A stretch of 64,000 nt of DNA, taken from positions 56,172,001 through 56,236,000 of the forward strand of contig OX597827.1 in the NCBI GenBank assembly GCA_951406725.2, in the 5' to 3' direction. Under the pieces are notes generated by a model. It saw only the letters and a program-made list of their open reading frames with translations. It made no database searches and was not told the DNA's origin. Positions 40,366 to 53,979 of the stretch are shown here, piece after piece. This stretch comes from Octopus vulgaris (Eukaryota). Each line of letters starts with the position of its first letter. Positions within the stretch are counted from its first letter, which is position 1. Position numbers and translations under genes: made by a program.

Positions 40366-40855
40366 ACATAGTCATTGTTGTCAACATCATTATCAACATT
40401 GCCATCATCATCATCATCATCAACATTGTTATCATCATCATTATCAACATCATCAACATTCATCATCATCATCATCATCGTCATCCTTATTATTGTTGTC
40501 ATCATCGTCGTTGTTGTCGTCGTTGTCATCATCATCAACATTGTTATCATCATCATTATCAGCATCATCAACATTGTCATCATCATCAACATTGTCATCA
40601 TCGTCATCATCATCCTTATTATCATCTTCATCGTTGTCGTCATCGTCATCATCATCATCATCATCAACATAGTCATCATCATCATCAACATAGTCATCAT
40701 TGTCAACTTCATTATCAACATTGTCATCATCATCATCATCAACATCATCATCATCATCATCATCAACAGCAACAACAACAACACTCTCATCCTCATCATC
40801 ACCATCAACATTGTCATTATTGTCTTCATCAAGAGCATTATGATCAGCAATGACA
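40135..40855 (+). repeat. compound (CAT/CAA/TGT)n trinucleotide tract
   Basis: Direct reading; explains the multi-frame low-complexity ORFs here. Confidence 0.95.
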
Positions 40856-41520
40856 TTTAAGAACTGTTTGTTTCTTTTGTTTGTTTTTTTCATTCTGGTA
40901 TGAGGTCTATTCATCACAATCTTTTATCTGTCAGGACCAGATTTGACCAAGTCACTTCTTATTTATAATATATTCCTTCACATTCCTCCTTCATTTGAGC
41001 TCTTCACTGTGTGTTCACATCATTTAATAGCTAACCATGTTATCAAGGACTTTGATCTATTAACACTTCGTTTAAATCCACCACTCCTAGAAACACAGCC
41101 CACAGTAGCTACACAGACATAAATCCTTGTTGTTTGACGATAGGACAACTCTAATTGAGCAGACTTATGATCAAAGGTATCCCAGTCATGACTGTTCTGT
41201 TTATTTTGTTACTCAGTATGTCTTTTTTTATTGTTGTTGTTGTTGTTCCTGCTGTCGTTGTTTAACTTTTGGTAAATCCAGATTAGGCAAACCAATTAAC
41301 AAAGACATTTCAGGCACAGATCTCACTGCTTTTTCATAGACAGAATCTAGAACTACATTAGCTGATGTGTATTATCTTTATTTAAGATGGTAGAGTGTAA
41401 GTGATTTCAAGGAGATTTGGTTACTGTTTCTAGCAGAGCAAAAAACTGCATAAAGGCATTCATATCCATCAGAAAAATTTTTGAAAGAGGGAGAGGAGAG
41501 GGGAGTGGTGGTGGTGTTGG

Positions 41521-41551
<31 letters not shown>

Positions 41552-41766
41552 AGCAGTAGCAGCAGCAGGGAAGGAGTAGGAGGTGGTGGTGGTAGTGGTG
41601 GTGGTGGTGGTGGTGGTAGTGGAAGAGGAGGCAGAGGAGAAAGAAGTGGGAGTAGCAGAAACAGCAGCAGCTGTAGTAGTAGTAGTAGTAGTAGTAGTAG
41701 CAGCAGCAGGAGGAGGAAGAGGCAGAGGAGGAGGATGATGACGACAGCACATCAACAAAGACTTAC

Positions 41767-41892
41767 CTTCTGAATGGCTGCTTCGCCATCAGCTTGAAGA
41801 CGTACTTGCTCCTCAACATCTAAATCAAATTCATATTGCTCCAGCTTCTCAATATCTGGACGGTTGTCATTAGCCTTGAGCATATCTTGTAC
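41767..41892 (-). CDS. CFAP43: CFAP43 exon (VQDMLKANDNRPDIEKLEQYEFDLDVEEQVRLQADGEAAIQK)
   Basis: gtttttAG / GTAAGT; IEKLxxxEFxLDxEE motif. Confidence 0.92.
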
Positions 41893-42179
41893 CTAAAAAC
41901 AGAAGCAAACGCCCACTTTCATGTAAAACAGGACACAGCAACTACTACTACTACTACTCTAATAAGGTGGTAAGCTGGCAGAATTGTTGGAGTATCAGAG
42001 AAAATGTCTAGCAAGATTTCTAAATCCTGAGTTTAAAATTCAATTAGGGGTCACCTTAGCCTTTCATCCCACTAGGGTGAGGAAAATGAAGTACCAGTCA
42101 AGTATTGAAGTCAGTGTAATCAACTAACCTCTTTCTCCTAAAATTGCTGGCCTTGTGCCAAAATTTGAGACAATTATTA

Positions 42180-42870
42180 CTAAAGCTTTTAGACGCTACT
42201 TTTCCAAGGATGTCACCCTGAGGTTTAGTGACAACAAGTCTTATCAAATCTCTAGAAACTTTCTTAAGAATATTCCAGAATCCAGGATTGCACTTTCCAG
42301 CAAGTGAACAATCGAACCACAATTCCAATACCCTTCAGCCTCTTAAACAGCAGTTTTGGTGAACTAATTACTACAGGAACAATTGCTAACTTCATTTTCC
42401 AGTCTCTTCACCTCTCTCTGGCTAAATCCTGATATTTCTTAATTTTCCCAATTTCTTTCATATCCACTCCATTATCATGTGGTATTACAAAGCCACTGCA
42501 CTTACACTGTATTTTCTTTTCATTGGTCTCCTACAATCACATCTGATCTTCTTGCATCAATAGTATGGTCAGTCTATATGAAGAAATCCCATAAAATTCT
42601 GTAATTAATATTCTCCTTCAGACCCTATGGCTCATGTTCATGCCACTTTTTTGTTACTTTGAATCCACACACTCACCTAACATACCAATTAGTTCTTTTA
42701 TCAACACAGTCATGCCTGTACTAATATTCCCTTTTCTACAGATTCTGCGTTTGCTCTCTGACTAAGTTTTATCTTTTGCCTTTATCAAACTACTTCAAAT
42801 AGACTGTTCCTGGGCAGCTGTAAAAAGTGATTTGGTTTCTTTTCGCAAATTTCCATCTATCGGTCATAAC
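42180..42870 (-). mobile_element. degenerate RLE-type (R4/Dong-like) non-LTR C-terminal fragment
   Basis: Minus strand reads roughly WDF.I.TD..IDARR.D.IV and KE..K..KY..LA.E...L.K....VPVVI, with frameshifts. Confidence 0.55.
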
Positions 42871-43054
42871 CAGTGTTCTTTACTTCCTCAGTTAGTTACA
42901 AGAATTGGCCATGTAATTTGTTCTCTTTCCAGCTATTTGTCTCATTGTTCTTTCTTCAGTTCTTGAATTCTCCTACTGTTGCAGTTGAAAATAACTTGAG
43001 ATATTGTTTTTCAATGAAGACCAAATTATTATTGAATTTTTATTTATGCAAAGA

Positions 43055-43630
43055 ATGGAAAAAACTTAAGGAAGTTACCAACTTCAAGTACCTTGGTGCT
43101 TAGACAGAATGTAATGAAAAAGACTTTGCCGTGTGGAAGGCACTTGCTTAGTGTATGTCACAAATTGCATAATATCTGGCACATGAATTAAAAATCAGAT
43201 TGTTTGTCTTCATAGTAGAATCAGTTTAGTTATATGGTACTGAAACTTGGACCCTCACCAAAAAGTTTGAAAAACAAATAGATGGCTGCTACATAAGAAT
43301 GTTAAGAATGGGATCAGAATGTTACATGGAGAACTCATTTAAACAACAAGCAGCTTTTTCCAGATCCACCCAAAGTGACTGAGAAGATTCAACAGAGAAT
43401 AGTAAGAATTACTGGCCATTACTTCAGGCACCCAGAAGAACTTGTGTGTCAACTGGTTTTATGGCAGTCAGTTGAAGGAAGAACCAACAGAGGAAGAACG
43501 CGTCTAAGCTATGGGGACAACTTGCTTCAGGACAGTGAAATGGCAAATATCCTCAAATTAAGAACATGCATAGAGGACCATGATGGATGGTATGTTTGCA
43601 TGAAATCAATGAAGCTTCTGGGAGGATGAC
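43055..43630 (+). mobile_element. old RTE-like RT C-terminal fragment
   Basis: VTNFKYLG, LYGTETWTLTK, RITGHYFRH, GRT. Confidence 0.75.
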
Positions 43631-43776
43631 CCAACTAACTATTATTTATGACAGAAGTCTGTCATAAATATGACATAAACATATGAAGCATATCTTGAAA
43701 TATGACAAAACTGTTAAAAAATAAAAGCAAAAACGAAAACATGATCTATTCCATATTTTGGTAATGTACTGTTATA

Positions 43777-44220
43777 TCATCATCATCATCATCGTTTAAC
43801 GTCCGTTTTCCACGCTAGCACGAGTTGGACGGTTTGACCGGGGTCTGGGAAGCCAGGGTCTGCACCAGGCTCCAGTCTGATCTGGCAGTGTTTCTACAGC
43901 TGGATGCCTTTCCTAACACCAACCACTCCACAAGTGTAGTGGGTGCTTTTTACGTGCCACCTGCACAGGTGCCAGGGGGGTCCGGCATCGGCCACGATCG
44001 GTTGGAGCTTTTTATGTGGAAGCCAGCCAAGGCGGCGCTGGCAATGGCCACGTTCGGATGGTGCTTTTTATGTGCCACCGGCACAGAAGCCAGTCGGGGC
44101 GGCGCTGGCATCGGCCACGTTCGGATGGTGCTTTTTATGTGCTACCGGCACAGAACCAGTTGAGGCGGCGCTGGCAACAGCCACGTTCGGATGGTGCTTT
44201 TTATGTGCCACCGGCACAAA
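43777..44220 (-). mobile_element. RTE 3' end with about five ~60-bp UTR units, ending ~20 bp from an exon donor
   Basis: Repeated cacgttcggatggtgctttttatgtgccaccggcac. Confidence 0.9.
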
Positions 44221-44242
44221 AAAAAAGAGTTAGGGTATTTAC

Positions 44243-44320
44243 AGTTTGTCGTATCTTAGAAACTGCATCTTTTATTTTCTGTTTCTCTTCTGATATTTCT
44301 CTCTCTTTCTCGTCAAGAGC
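44243..44320 (-). CDS. CFAP43: CFAP43 exon (ALDEKEREISEEKQKIKDAVSKIRQT)
   Basis: ttttgttctgcAG / GTAAAT; 78 nt, phase 0-0, coiled coil. Confidence 0.82.
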
Positions 44321-44412
44321 CTGCAGAACAAAAGAAAAGCAATAAAGATGTATACATTAACGATTTCTTTATTTCAAATCTTAATAAAAACGATTTCTTT
44401 GTATTTAATAAC

Positions 44413-45720
<1,308 letters not shown>

Positions 45721-45763
45721 ATAATTTTGAATTTCTATGTACCACTTTTCATATTCCATGTAC

Positions 45764-45931
<168 letters not shown>

Positions 45932-45936
45932 GTATG

Positions 45937-45973
<37 letters not shown>

Positions 45974-46553
45974 CAGAGCTATGTGATTAAGAAATTCACA
46001 ATCACATAATTTCAAACTCATTTCCACAGTATATTTCCACCTTAAGGCATGTGTCTTCTGGTATATTCCCAGGCTGAATAAAGCCTTGTGAGTAAATTTG
46101 GCAAAAGGAAACTCATCCGAAAGAAACCTAGCATGTATATATACATGTGTGTATATGTGTACATGCATATATGTATGTATGTGTATGTAATATGTATGAG
46201 TGTGTGTGTACGTGTGTGTGCGCATGTGGATGTGTGTGTGTGTGTGTGTGAGTTGATATGACAAAAAGACAAAGGTGATGATAATAGAAATATTATTGTT
46301 ATTATGTTGAATATTAAGGTGGCAAGCTAGCAGAATCATTAGCATGCCAGGCAAACCGATCAGTGGCAATTCATCTGTTCCTACATTCTGAGTTCAAATC
46401 CTGCCACGGTCGCTTTTGACTATCATCCTTTCAGAGTCAATAAATTAAGTACCAGTGAAACACTGGGGTCAGTGTAATCAACAAGTCACCTCTCCCAAAA
46501 ATTCAGGCCCTGTGCCTTTTGTAGAAAAGACTGTATTGAATCTGTAAACTTAC

Positions 46554-46601
46554 TATTTTTCTCTGAGTATCCAACCATGTAATTGGCGTATTTTCTGTGA
46601 G
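46554..46601 (-). CDS. CFAP43: CFAP43 small exon (LTENTPITWLDTQRKI)
   Basis: ttccaaacatgcAG / GTAAGT; 48 nt, phase 0-0; supplies the Trp expected before the first coiled coil. Confidence 0.75.
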
Positions 46602-46878
46602 CTGCATGTTTGGAAAGAAAAATAAAGACTGAATGTAAGAAATTTTTACAGAAATGTGAGGAAATTGGCATAAAGTGATAATAAATCTTATATGATACAC
46701 GGATGCCGGGGAAATGTATCCAGTGTATCAAAATATGAAAATAAAGTTTTATATTACTCACAACGTATGAAACAAAAACTAACAAAAAATCTGAAAAAGA
46801 GCATGGACGTTTAGGATAAACTAATGAATATGCATTGAATGGGCAAACTTCAGAGAGTCTATGCTTTGCTTTCATTTA

Positions 46879-47772
46879 TGAGGTGGTATCAAAAAGTTCC
46901 CAGACTATTCTGGGATCTTTTCGGTTTGACCGGCAGTTTTTTAAAATAATTTCCACGTAACTAAACACTTTTAAACTTCATATACTGGTAGAATGTGTTT
47001 ATAAAACATCTTTTCTCTTGGTTTTATTGAGAAAATTCTGTAGTTTGTAAGACATTTGTTGTTGTTTTTTCTTCAATTTCCGCAAGTTCAACCAATCAAT
47101 GACATCTATTGAGGTGAAAACATTCTGTGCCGTATGAATATGTCCCTCGTTTAAGAAACAGATTGGGTTTATTTACATTTCTGAAGAAAAAAAGATACCC
47201 TTTCCCCCTACCCCTAACCCTAACTAACCCTAATTCTAACCCTAACCCTAAAACAGATTGAAATGCAATAGATCGATACTAGGGTCATAATTATTGGTGA
47301 CAATTTCATATGACACCGCTAGAAAAAACTGCCATTCAAATCAAAAAGATCCCAACAGAGGGCAAAACATGGTTGCATGCACAGTGACAGCTAGCAGTGA
47401 CCGTGATGAGGCAGTGTACCAAGTGACTGCAATTTTGTCATAGACAGGAGGTTGGAACAAAGAGCCATTGTAAAATGTTGCATTAAACTTGGGAAGTCTG
47501 CTACAGAAACATTGAGCATGTTTTGGCAAGCTTATGGTGATGAGACAATGGGTCATATGCAATATTTCGAGTGGCACAGGTGTTTCAAAAGCAGAAGAAC
47601 ATCCCTGGGAGATGATGAGCGATCTGGAAGACCTGTCACAAGCATCACCCCTGGAAATATGGCATTGTGCATTGAGAATTCACCCCCCCCCCCCCCAGGG
47701 CCAGACTGTCTATCAAGAGTTCTACTGTGATGTCTTGAACCATCTGAGGGAGGTCATTCAACAAAAGCGACC
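46879..47772 (+). mobile_element. mariner 5' remnant (HTH region) interrupted by a MITE
   Basis: TIR-like gaggtggtatcaaaaagttcc; EQRAIVK.C.KLGKSATET...AYGDE...FEW...FK.....DDERSGRP. Confidence 0.85.
46912..47353. mobile_element. 442-bp MITE-like element with ~30-bp TIRs and an internal (CCCTAA)n patch
   Basis: gggatcttttcggtttgaccggcagttttt ... aaaaactgccattcaaatcaaaaagatccc. Confidence 0.8.
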
Positions 47773-47935
47773 AGGCGTAGAAGTGGTTGTGTGCTAAGTA
47801 GCTTGCTTACCAATCACATGGTTCCGTGTTCAGTCCCACTGCGTGGCACCTTGGGCAAGTGTCTTCTACTATAGCCTCGGGCCGACCAAAGCCTTGTGAG
47901 TGGATTTGGTAGACAGAAACTGAAAGTAACCCGTC

Positions 47936-47975
<40 letters not shown>

Positions 47976-48131
47976 TGGCAGGGCTGGCCTGCTAGGTAGC
48001 CGGCCAGAATGCTAAAAGAAGACCATCAACGATCAAACTACAAGGGAAATTCTCTAGAGGAAGAATTCAGCGAACACCAGAACCAACTTTGGCGGGCAGG
48101 ACATATGAAAAATTAAATAAATAACAGACTT

Positions 48132-48209
48132 AAATGCATACCTCGGTTTCGGTCTTAACAAAAGAATTACTTGCATAATTCAAGTGTCCGTGACTTCATC
48201 AGTACATTT
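48132..48209 (-). ncRNA. type I hammerhead ribozyme motif
   Basis: AAAUGUA-CUGAUGA-aGUC-loop-GACc-GAAA-CC-ga-GG-UA-UGCAUUU: 7-bp stem I, canonical core, GUA cleavage triplet. Confidence 0.72.
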
Positions 48210-48613
48210 GGTCCTCGAGATGCAAACCGCAAGACCAACCCCAGCTCTCTGTGTCAAGACAGACACGTGCTTAGTCTTACTGATTACATCGGGAATAAAA
48301 TTTCAAATGTCTTGGCTCTGGCGCGCTGAGAGACTCCTGAAGCGAAGGGCTGCAATGAATAATTCACTGCGGGTAGTGCTTACAACTAGGGAACGTATTT
48401 ATTTAAATATTTAAAAATTGAGGGAGATAAATTAATATTAATTTTAATATCAATTTAAAACCAGTATTCCAGCATTCAAAAAATCTGAGGAGTCAGAGAA
48501 AATTCAAATATATGTGTATATTGGCAGGGCTGGCCTGCTAGGTAGCCGGCCAGAATGCTAGAAGAAGACCATCAACGATCAAACTACAAGGGAAATTCTC
48601 TAGAGGAAGAAAC

Positions 48614-48937
48614 ACAAAATTTAGAGGACTGACCACTAAAAGGGGACAGCCTATATGCTAAACATAGATGTCAAATTGCCATTACCACGAAGAATATGTT
48701 CTCAAAAAAAATCTCAGCAAAAAAACAAAATATAAAAATAAGCAAGGCAAATGAAAATATACAAAATAAAAAACCGATTTTTTATTTCGTATATTTTCAT
48801 TTGCTTTGCTTATTTTTACATTTTGGTTTATTGCTGAGATTTTTTCTGAGAACACATTCTTCATGGTAATGGCAATTTGACATCTATGTTTAGCATATAG
48901 GCTGTCCCCTTTTAGTGGTCAGTCCTCTAAATTTTGT
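48614..48937. repeat. 324-bp near-perfect fold-back
   Basis: Arms of ~160 bp, loop of ~5 nt. Confidence 0.95.
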
Positions 48938-49022
48938 ATATAACACAATTTTTAATCTTCAGATTTTTTTAAATATACTAAGCCACTGGTTTTAATTGAT
49001 TAATATCAGTTTCTACCCTTAT

Positions 49023-49057
<35 letters not shown>

Positions 49058-49220
49058 AGAGTCCCTCCTAGCGTGAGGCATCTATATGTGATAGTGCCCT
49101 CTATATAATATAAATAAATAAATTTAAAAGAAAAAAATTGATGGCTTTTTTTTCTCTTATGAAGTTTTTCACGCTAACTACTTGATAAATTCTTATGAAG
49201 ATTTCATCCTATATTTAAAT

Positions 49221-49267
<47 letters not shown>

Positions 49268-49523
49268 TTGTGTCTGTGTTTGTCCCGCCAACATTGCTTG
49301 ACGATCGATGCTGCTGTGTTTACATTCCCGTTACTTAGCGGTTCGGCAAGAGAGACTGCTAGACCAGAATAAGTACTAAGCTTACAAAGAATGAGTCCTG
49401 GGGTTGATTTGCTTGACTAAAGGCAGTGCTCCAGCATGGCCACAGTCAAATGACTGAAACAAATACAAGAATAAAAGAAAAAAGGAATAAATGCATCATA
49501 GAATAAATGATTACAAAACTTAC

Positions 49524-49805
49524 ATTCATCTCTGGACCTGGTACTCCAATGCTATGTAGCTTCATGCACGCTTTGCTCTCTTTTTTAGCAAGGTGAGGTT
49601 TCATGTTGATGGTCGTTTGATGAAATTCCTTTGTAACACGGCTCTGATGTTTGGTCAAAAGTTTGTGTTCATGATTGATTTTATAGCAAGAAGCAGTGCC
49701 ATCATATGCAGTGACCAGAAGGAACTGACAATCCCATGACAGAACGATAGTCTTCACACCTTTGTTGTGATGGTCATGTGTGACTGAGGTGAGCTGAATT
49801 TTACT
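49524..49805 (-). CDS. CFAP43: CFAP43 exon, last WD40 repeat plus linker (SKIQLTSVTHDHHNKGVKTIVLSWDCQFLLVTAYDGTASCYK...)
   Basis: tttcaacAG / GTAAGT; 282 nt open; H...GV...S.D...L.....DG WD40 pattern. Confidence 0.85.
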
Positions 49806-50035
49806 CTGTTGAAATTACAAGAAAATTCAAAAACAAAATTCAAACTATCACCACCACCACCACCACCACATATTTATATGTTGTTTTGCATGTTTATATA
49901 TTTGGACATGTGTGTGCATATACATATATGCGCATTTGTATTTTTTTTTTCATATATGTATGTGTATTTTATGTGTGTTAATAAGTACATATATATATAT
50001 ATATTTGTGCGAGTGTTCAGATGCAGATGTAAATT

Positions 50036-50084
<49 letters not shown>

Positions 50085-51393
50085 CGAGCAAAACACCCCC
50101 TGTCCAATGGACGGTGCTGAGTTATCAAACATTTAAACCAAATTTTCTCAAAACAACTTGTCCAACCATCGCATAGGCCTTCCCTTTGAGAAACACTGAT
50201 TTAACCTAAATTTGAGACACCAGCAAAAGAAGAAATAAAGATAGACATTTTTTCTATTCCAAAGAAAAACGATTTTATTCATTTTATCGATCGCATTGTC
50301 ACCCGGAATCAATTTTTGTAATTTTTTCAAGACTTATACACGCCCTGATACCGTCGGTATCTACATATCAAATTTGAGCGCAATCGGATGGTGGATGCCT
50401 GAGATCACAGAAGACACACACACAGACAGACAGAACGGATTTTATATAATAGATTATATTATATTATATTTATTTGCATGCATACATGCGTGCATACATA
50501 CATGCATATGCGCACACACACATATGTAGGCAACTAAACCAGCAACCCTACCAGGCTTATTTGTAAGGAGGGTGGTTTTTCATTGGACACCCTGCAGGAC
50601 AAAAGACAAAAACTGTCATGTATGTATGTATGTATGTGTGTGTGAGTGTGTGTACGTATGTCTGTGAGTGTGTGTACATATGTATGTGTGTATGTATGTG
50701 TATGTGTGTGTGAGTGTATGTGTGTGTCTGTGTGTATATATGTATGTATGTTTGTGAGTGTGTATATGTATGTATGTGTGTATGTGTGTGTATGTGTGTA
50801 CATATGTATGTATGTTTGTGAGTGTGTATATGTATGTATGTGTGTATGTGTGTATGTGTGTGTATGTGTGTGTGTGTGTATGTGTGTGTATGTGTGTGAG
50901 TGTATGTGTGTGAGTGTGTGTGTGTATGTCTGCCTGTGTGTTTGTGTGTGTGTGTGTGTGAGTGCATGTGCGTTTGTGTGCATGTGTGTGAGTATATGTG
51001 CAGATTGTTATGTTTTGTTTTATGTATGTCTTCTCATGCATATACTTGCATATCTAGACATGCTTATATATACTTAAATGATAAACTTATGGAAGTTTTT
51101 TTTTTATGTATGTATGTATGTATGTATGTATGTATGTATGTATGTATGTATGTATGTACGTATGTATTTCAACCATGGGTATTGGTGAAGGATTTAAACA
51201 CCAACAAAAATCTAAAACCCCAGTACTCTTCATACCAGGTCCTTTGCACCAAATTATAGACAATCCCTTATCACCATAACTACCAGAAAATGTAATGAAC
51301 CCCTGATTAGTCTAATGTAACAACCAGCAATGCTATTGTTCACAAATGGAGATATAGAAGAAGAAAAATAGTAAAATGGTCTGAAAGAATTAC

Positions 51394-51534
51394 CAGATCT
51401 GCCCATAGAAAGGCATGGATGGATCCATCTTCACCAGCCATTAGTAGCCATTTCTCATCAAAGCTAGTACATAGGCAACAAGCAGAAAATTGGTGGAATG
51501 GGAATCTCTTTGAAATTTCCCATCCAATGCCCCG
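51394..51534 (-). CDS. CFAP43: CFAP43 exon, WD40 repeat (RGIGWEISKRFPFHQFSACCLCTSFDEKWLLMAGEDGSIHAFLWADL)
   Basis: ttaattttatAG / GTAATT; 141 nt, phase 0-0; S.D.KWL...G.DG.I WD40 pattern. Confidence 0.85.
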
Positions 51535-51573
51535 CTATAAAATTAAAATAAGCAAAATTAGATGATATGTAAG

Positions 51574-51639
<66 letters not shown>

Positions 51640-51742
51640 ATAACAATATAGGGTGAAATTAATTAATTTGGAATAATTATTAATTTCACCAAGTAGATTT
51701 CGGCATGTAAAAGCCCCATTCAAGGAAGGTTTAAGTAATACT

Positions 51743-52006
51743 AAGTAATTAAGGGTTTAGCAACGATTTGCCTCACCACACACCGAATTTAGAAATAGCA
51801 GTCAAAGTGTTATGGCTATTCTTTCTACTTAAAAGGGAGATCCCAGTAAAACCACAGCACTTAGAACAATTTGTTGTTTGCCTTTTAAGTGCTGTGGTTT
51901 TACTGGGATCTCCCTTTTAAGTAGAAAGAATAGCCATAACTCTTTGACTGCTATTTCTAAATTCGGTGTGTGGTGAGGCAAATCGTTGCTAAACCCTTAA
52001 TTACTT
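51743..52006. repeat. 264-bp near-perfect fold-back between (TA)n tracts
   Basis: Arms of ~124 bp, spacer of ~16 nt. Confidence 0.95.
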
Positions 52007-52126
52007 TGTATATATATATATATATATAGTTAATCCAAACAAGAAAGCACAAAAAAAACACAACAACGCGAGGACATGGAACAAATATAGTATTATTGGA
52101 CGCTCAGGAAAGAAGGAAAGAAGGAG

Positions 52127-52163
52127 GGCATAACATTTCGAGCAGAGCTCTTCGTCGGAAACA
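52127..52163 (-). ncRNA. degenerate minimal hammerhead-like motif in a PLE-like terminal repeat (~52030-52240)
   Basis: GUUU-CCGACGA-A-GAGC-ucu-GCUC-GAAA-UGUU; stem I is not intact in this copy. Confidence 0.45.
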
Positions 52164-52519
52164 TAGGTGAAGGAAAGATCCAGAGAAGGGAAGACAGAGG
52201 GAAAAAAATCGCCAATGGTACACACGAGGTCACAATGTGCAGTATGTCTATTTGGGGGGTTGTAAGCATAGCTGTGTGGAGATGGTGGATATGCATGCAT
52301 GGTTGTGTGATTAAGAGGCTTACTTCCTAACCATGTGATCTTGTGTTCAATCCCACTGCATGGCACCGTGAGTGAATATCTTCTACTATAGCACCAGATA
52401 AATCAAAGCTTTGTGAGTGGATTTGGTAGAGGGAAACTGAAAGAAGTCCATTGTGTATATATGTATGTGCTTGCATGAGTTTGAATGTGTGTGCGTGTGT
52501 GTGTGTGTGTGTGTATGTG

Positions 52520-52550
<31 letters not shown>

Positions 52551-53734
52551 ATGCATGTATACCTGTGTCTAAGCATCATGCATGTATACCTGTGTCTAAG
52601 CATCACGTGATGGCTGTAAACAAGCATCACTAAATACACAAGCAAGGTGGTTCTTATTCATTTCCAGTCTTCCACGAAAAACATTTCTAGCTCAGAAAAA
52701 CTTTCCAGGAAACAGTTGAGGGTTGGCAAAAGGAAGGGCATCCAGCCATAGAAAAATTTACCTCAACAAATTCCATTTGACCCAGGAAAGCACAGGAAAT
52801 GATGAAGATGAACAATTTTATCTTACAACAGCTCAACTTGTTGGTCCAGGACCAAGAAATTATATTATTCCACTTTAATAATTTTCTTGTAAATTCCATG
52901 GGTCCTGCTGGTCTTTATTATTATTAGCAGTAGTAGTATTGTTGTGCTTACTGTTGAGGAGTCCCATTTAGGAAATAAATTTATCCAGTCTTGTACCATG
53001 TAAAACTATGACCACCATTCAGAATTGAGAGTAACTTGATAGTATGTGCCATGTTTTTGCTAATTATTTTATGTGCATGTATAGTCGCAAGCAGTCATAG
53101 ATATCTCTTGGCCCTCCTACCCTTGATCTAGCAGAACGTCCTGTATTGTAGCAGCTGGTGGGAGAGAGACAGAAGGTCACTCCAGCACCTGGCTTAATTG
53201 ACCCTGAAAGGCAATGTTGTCTTCAGCGGAAGCACATGGGGCACAGAGAATGGAAACAAATATTGCAATACATTTTATCTAATGCCACAACAATATCCTT
53301 ATTCAATCAGGGCTGTCTTAATAATTTTGTAGTGTTTGCATTGGATGGGAAACAAACTGCATTTTTAGGAGAGACAGTTGATAGTTCTGAAGGAATTAGG
53401 CACTTGAGGTTTATATATCTACTTGTTTTTATTTCTGTCTTCCTATTTTTCATATTTCAATGGCTTAATCCATGCAATGATAACAGCACTATTAAAATTA
53501 TTACCTTTGAAGGTTTTTATTCCTGTGCTGGCCACTTGATAAGTTTGATATTTAAATAACGATCTTATCCTGGGCTTACCTTTGGTTTCACATCCACAAA
53601 GCACTTAGCTTTACGGCGCATCATCAGATCCCAAAACCCAAAGGTAATCTCATTGACTGGCCTATTCTAACTTTTATATTATATACTGCTCTGTAACTTA
53701 GAGTGTGCTTTTTTTTATTTATGTTCTACCGACG

Positions 53735-53767
<33 letters not shown>

Positions 53768-53934
53768 TGTATGTATGTATGTATGTATGTATGTATGTAT
53801 GTATGTATGATGTATGTATGTATGTATGTATGTATGTATGGGTGTGTATATATATATATATATATATATACACATACACATATATATATATATACATATA
53901 TATATACATATATGGGTGTATGTCTGTGTGTGTG

Positions 53935-53979
<45 letters not shown>

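Noticed and set aside
40104-40917. Long Asp/Met/His/Ile-rich ORFs in several frames
   Set aside because: They arise from a (CAT)n-type trinucleotide tract that lacks stops; intronic, with no splice or homology support.
43930-44220. Regularly spaced palindromic repeats resembling a CRISPR array
   Set aside because: The spacers are similar to one another, the units belong to the RTE 3'UTR, the context is a eukaryotic intron, and there are no cas genes.
51690-51730. Minus-strand GGC..GCC-GAAA hammerhead-like motif
   Set aside because: The upstream box (UUGAAUG) cannot form the 3-8 pair and no stem I is evident.
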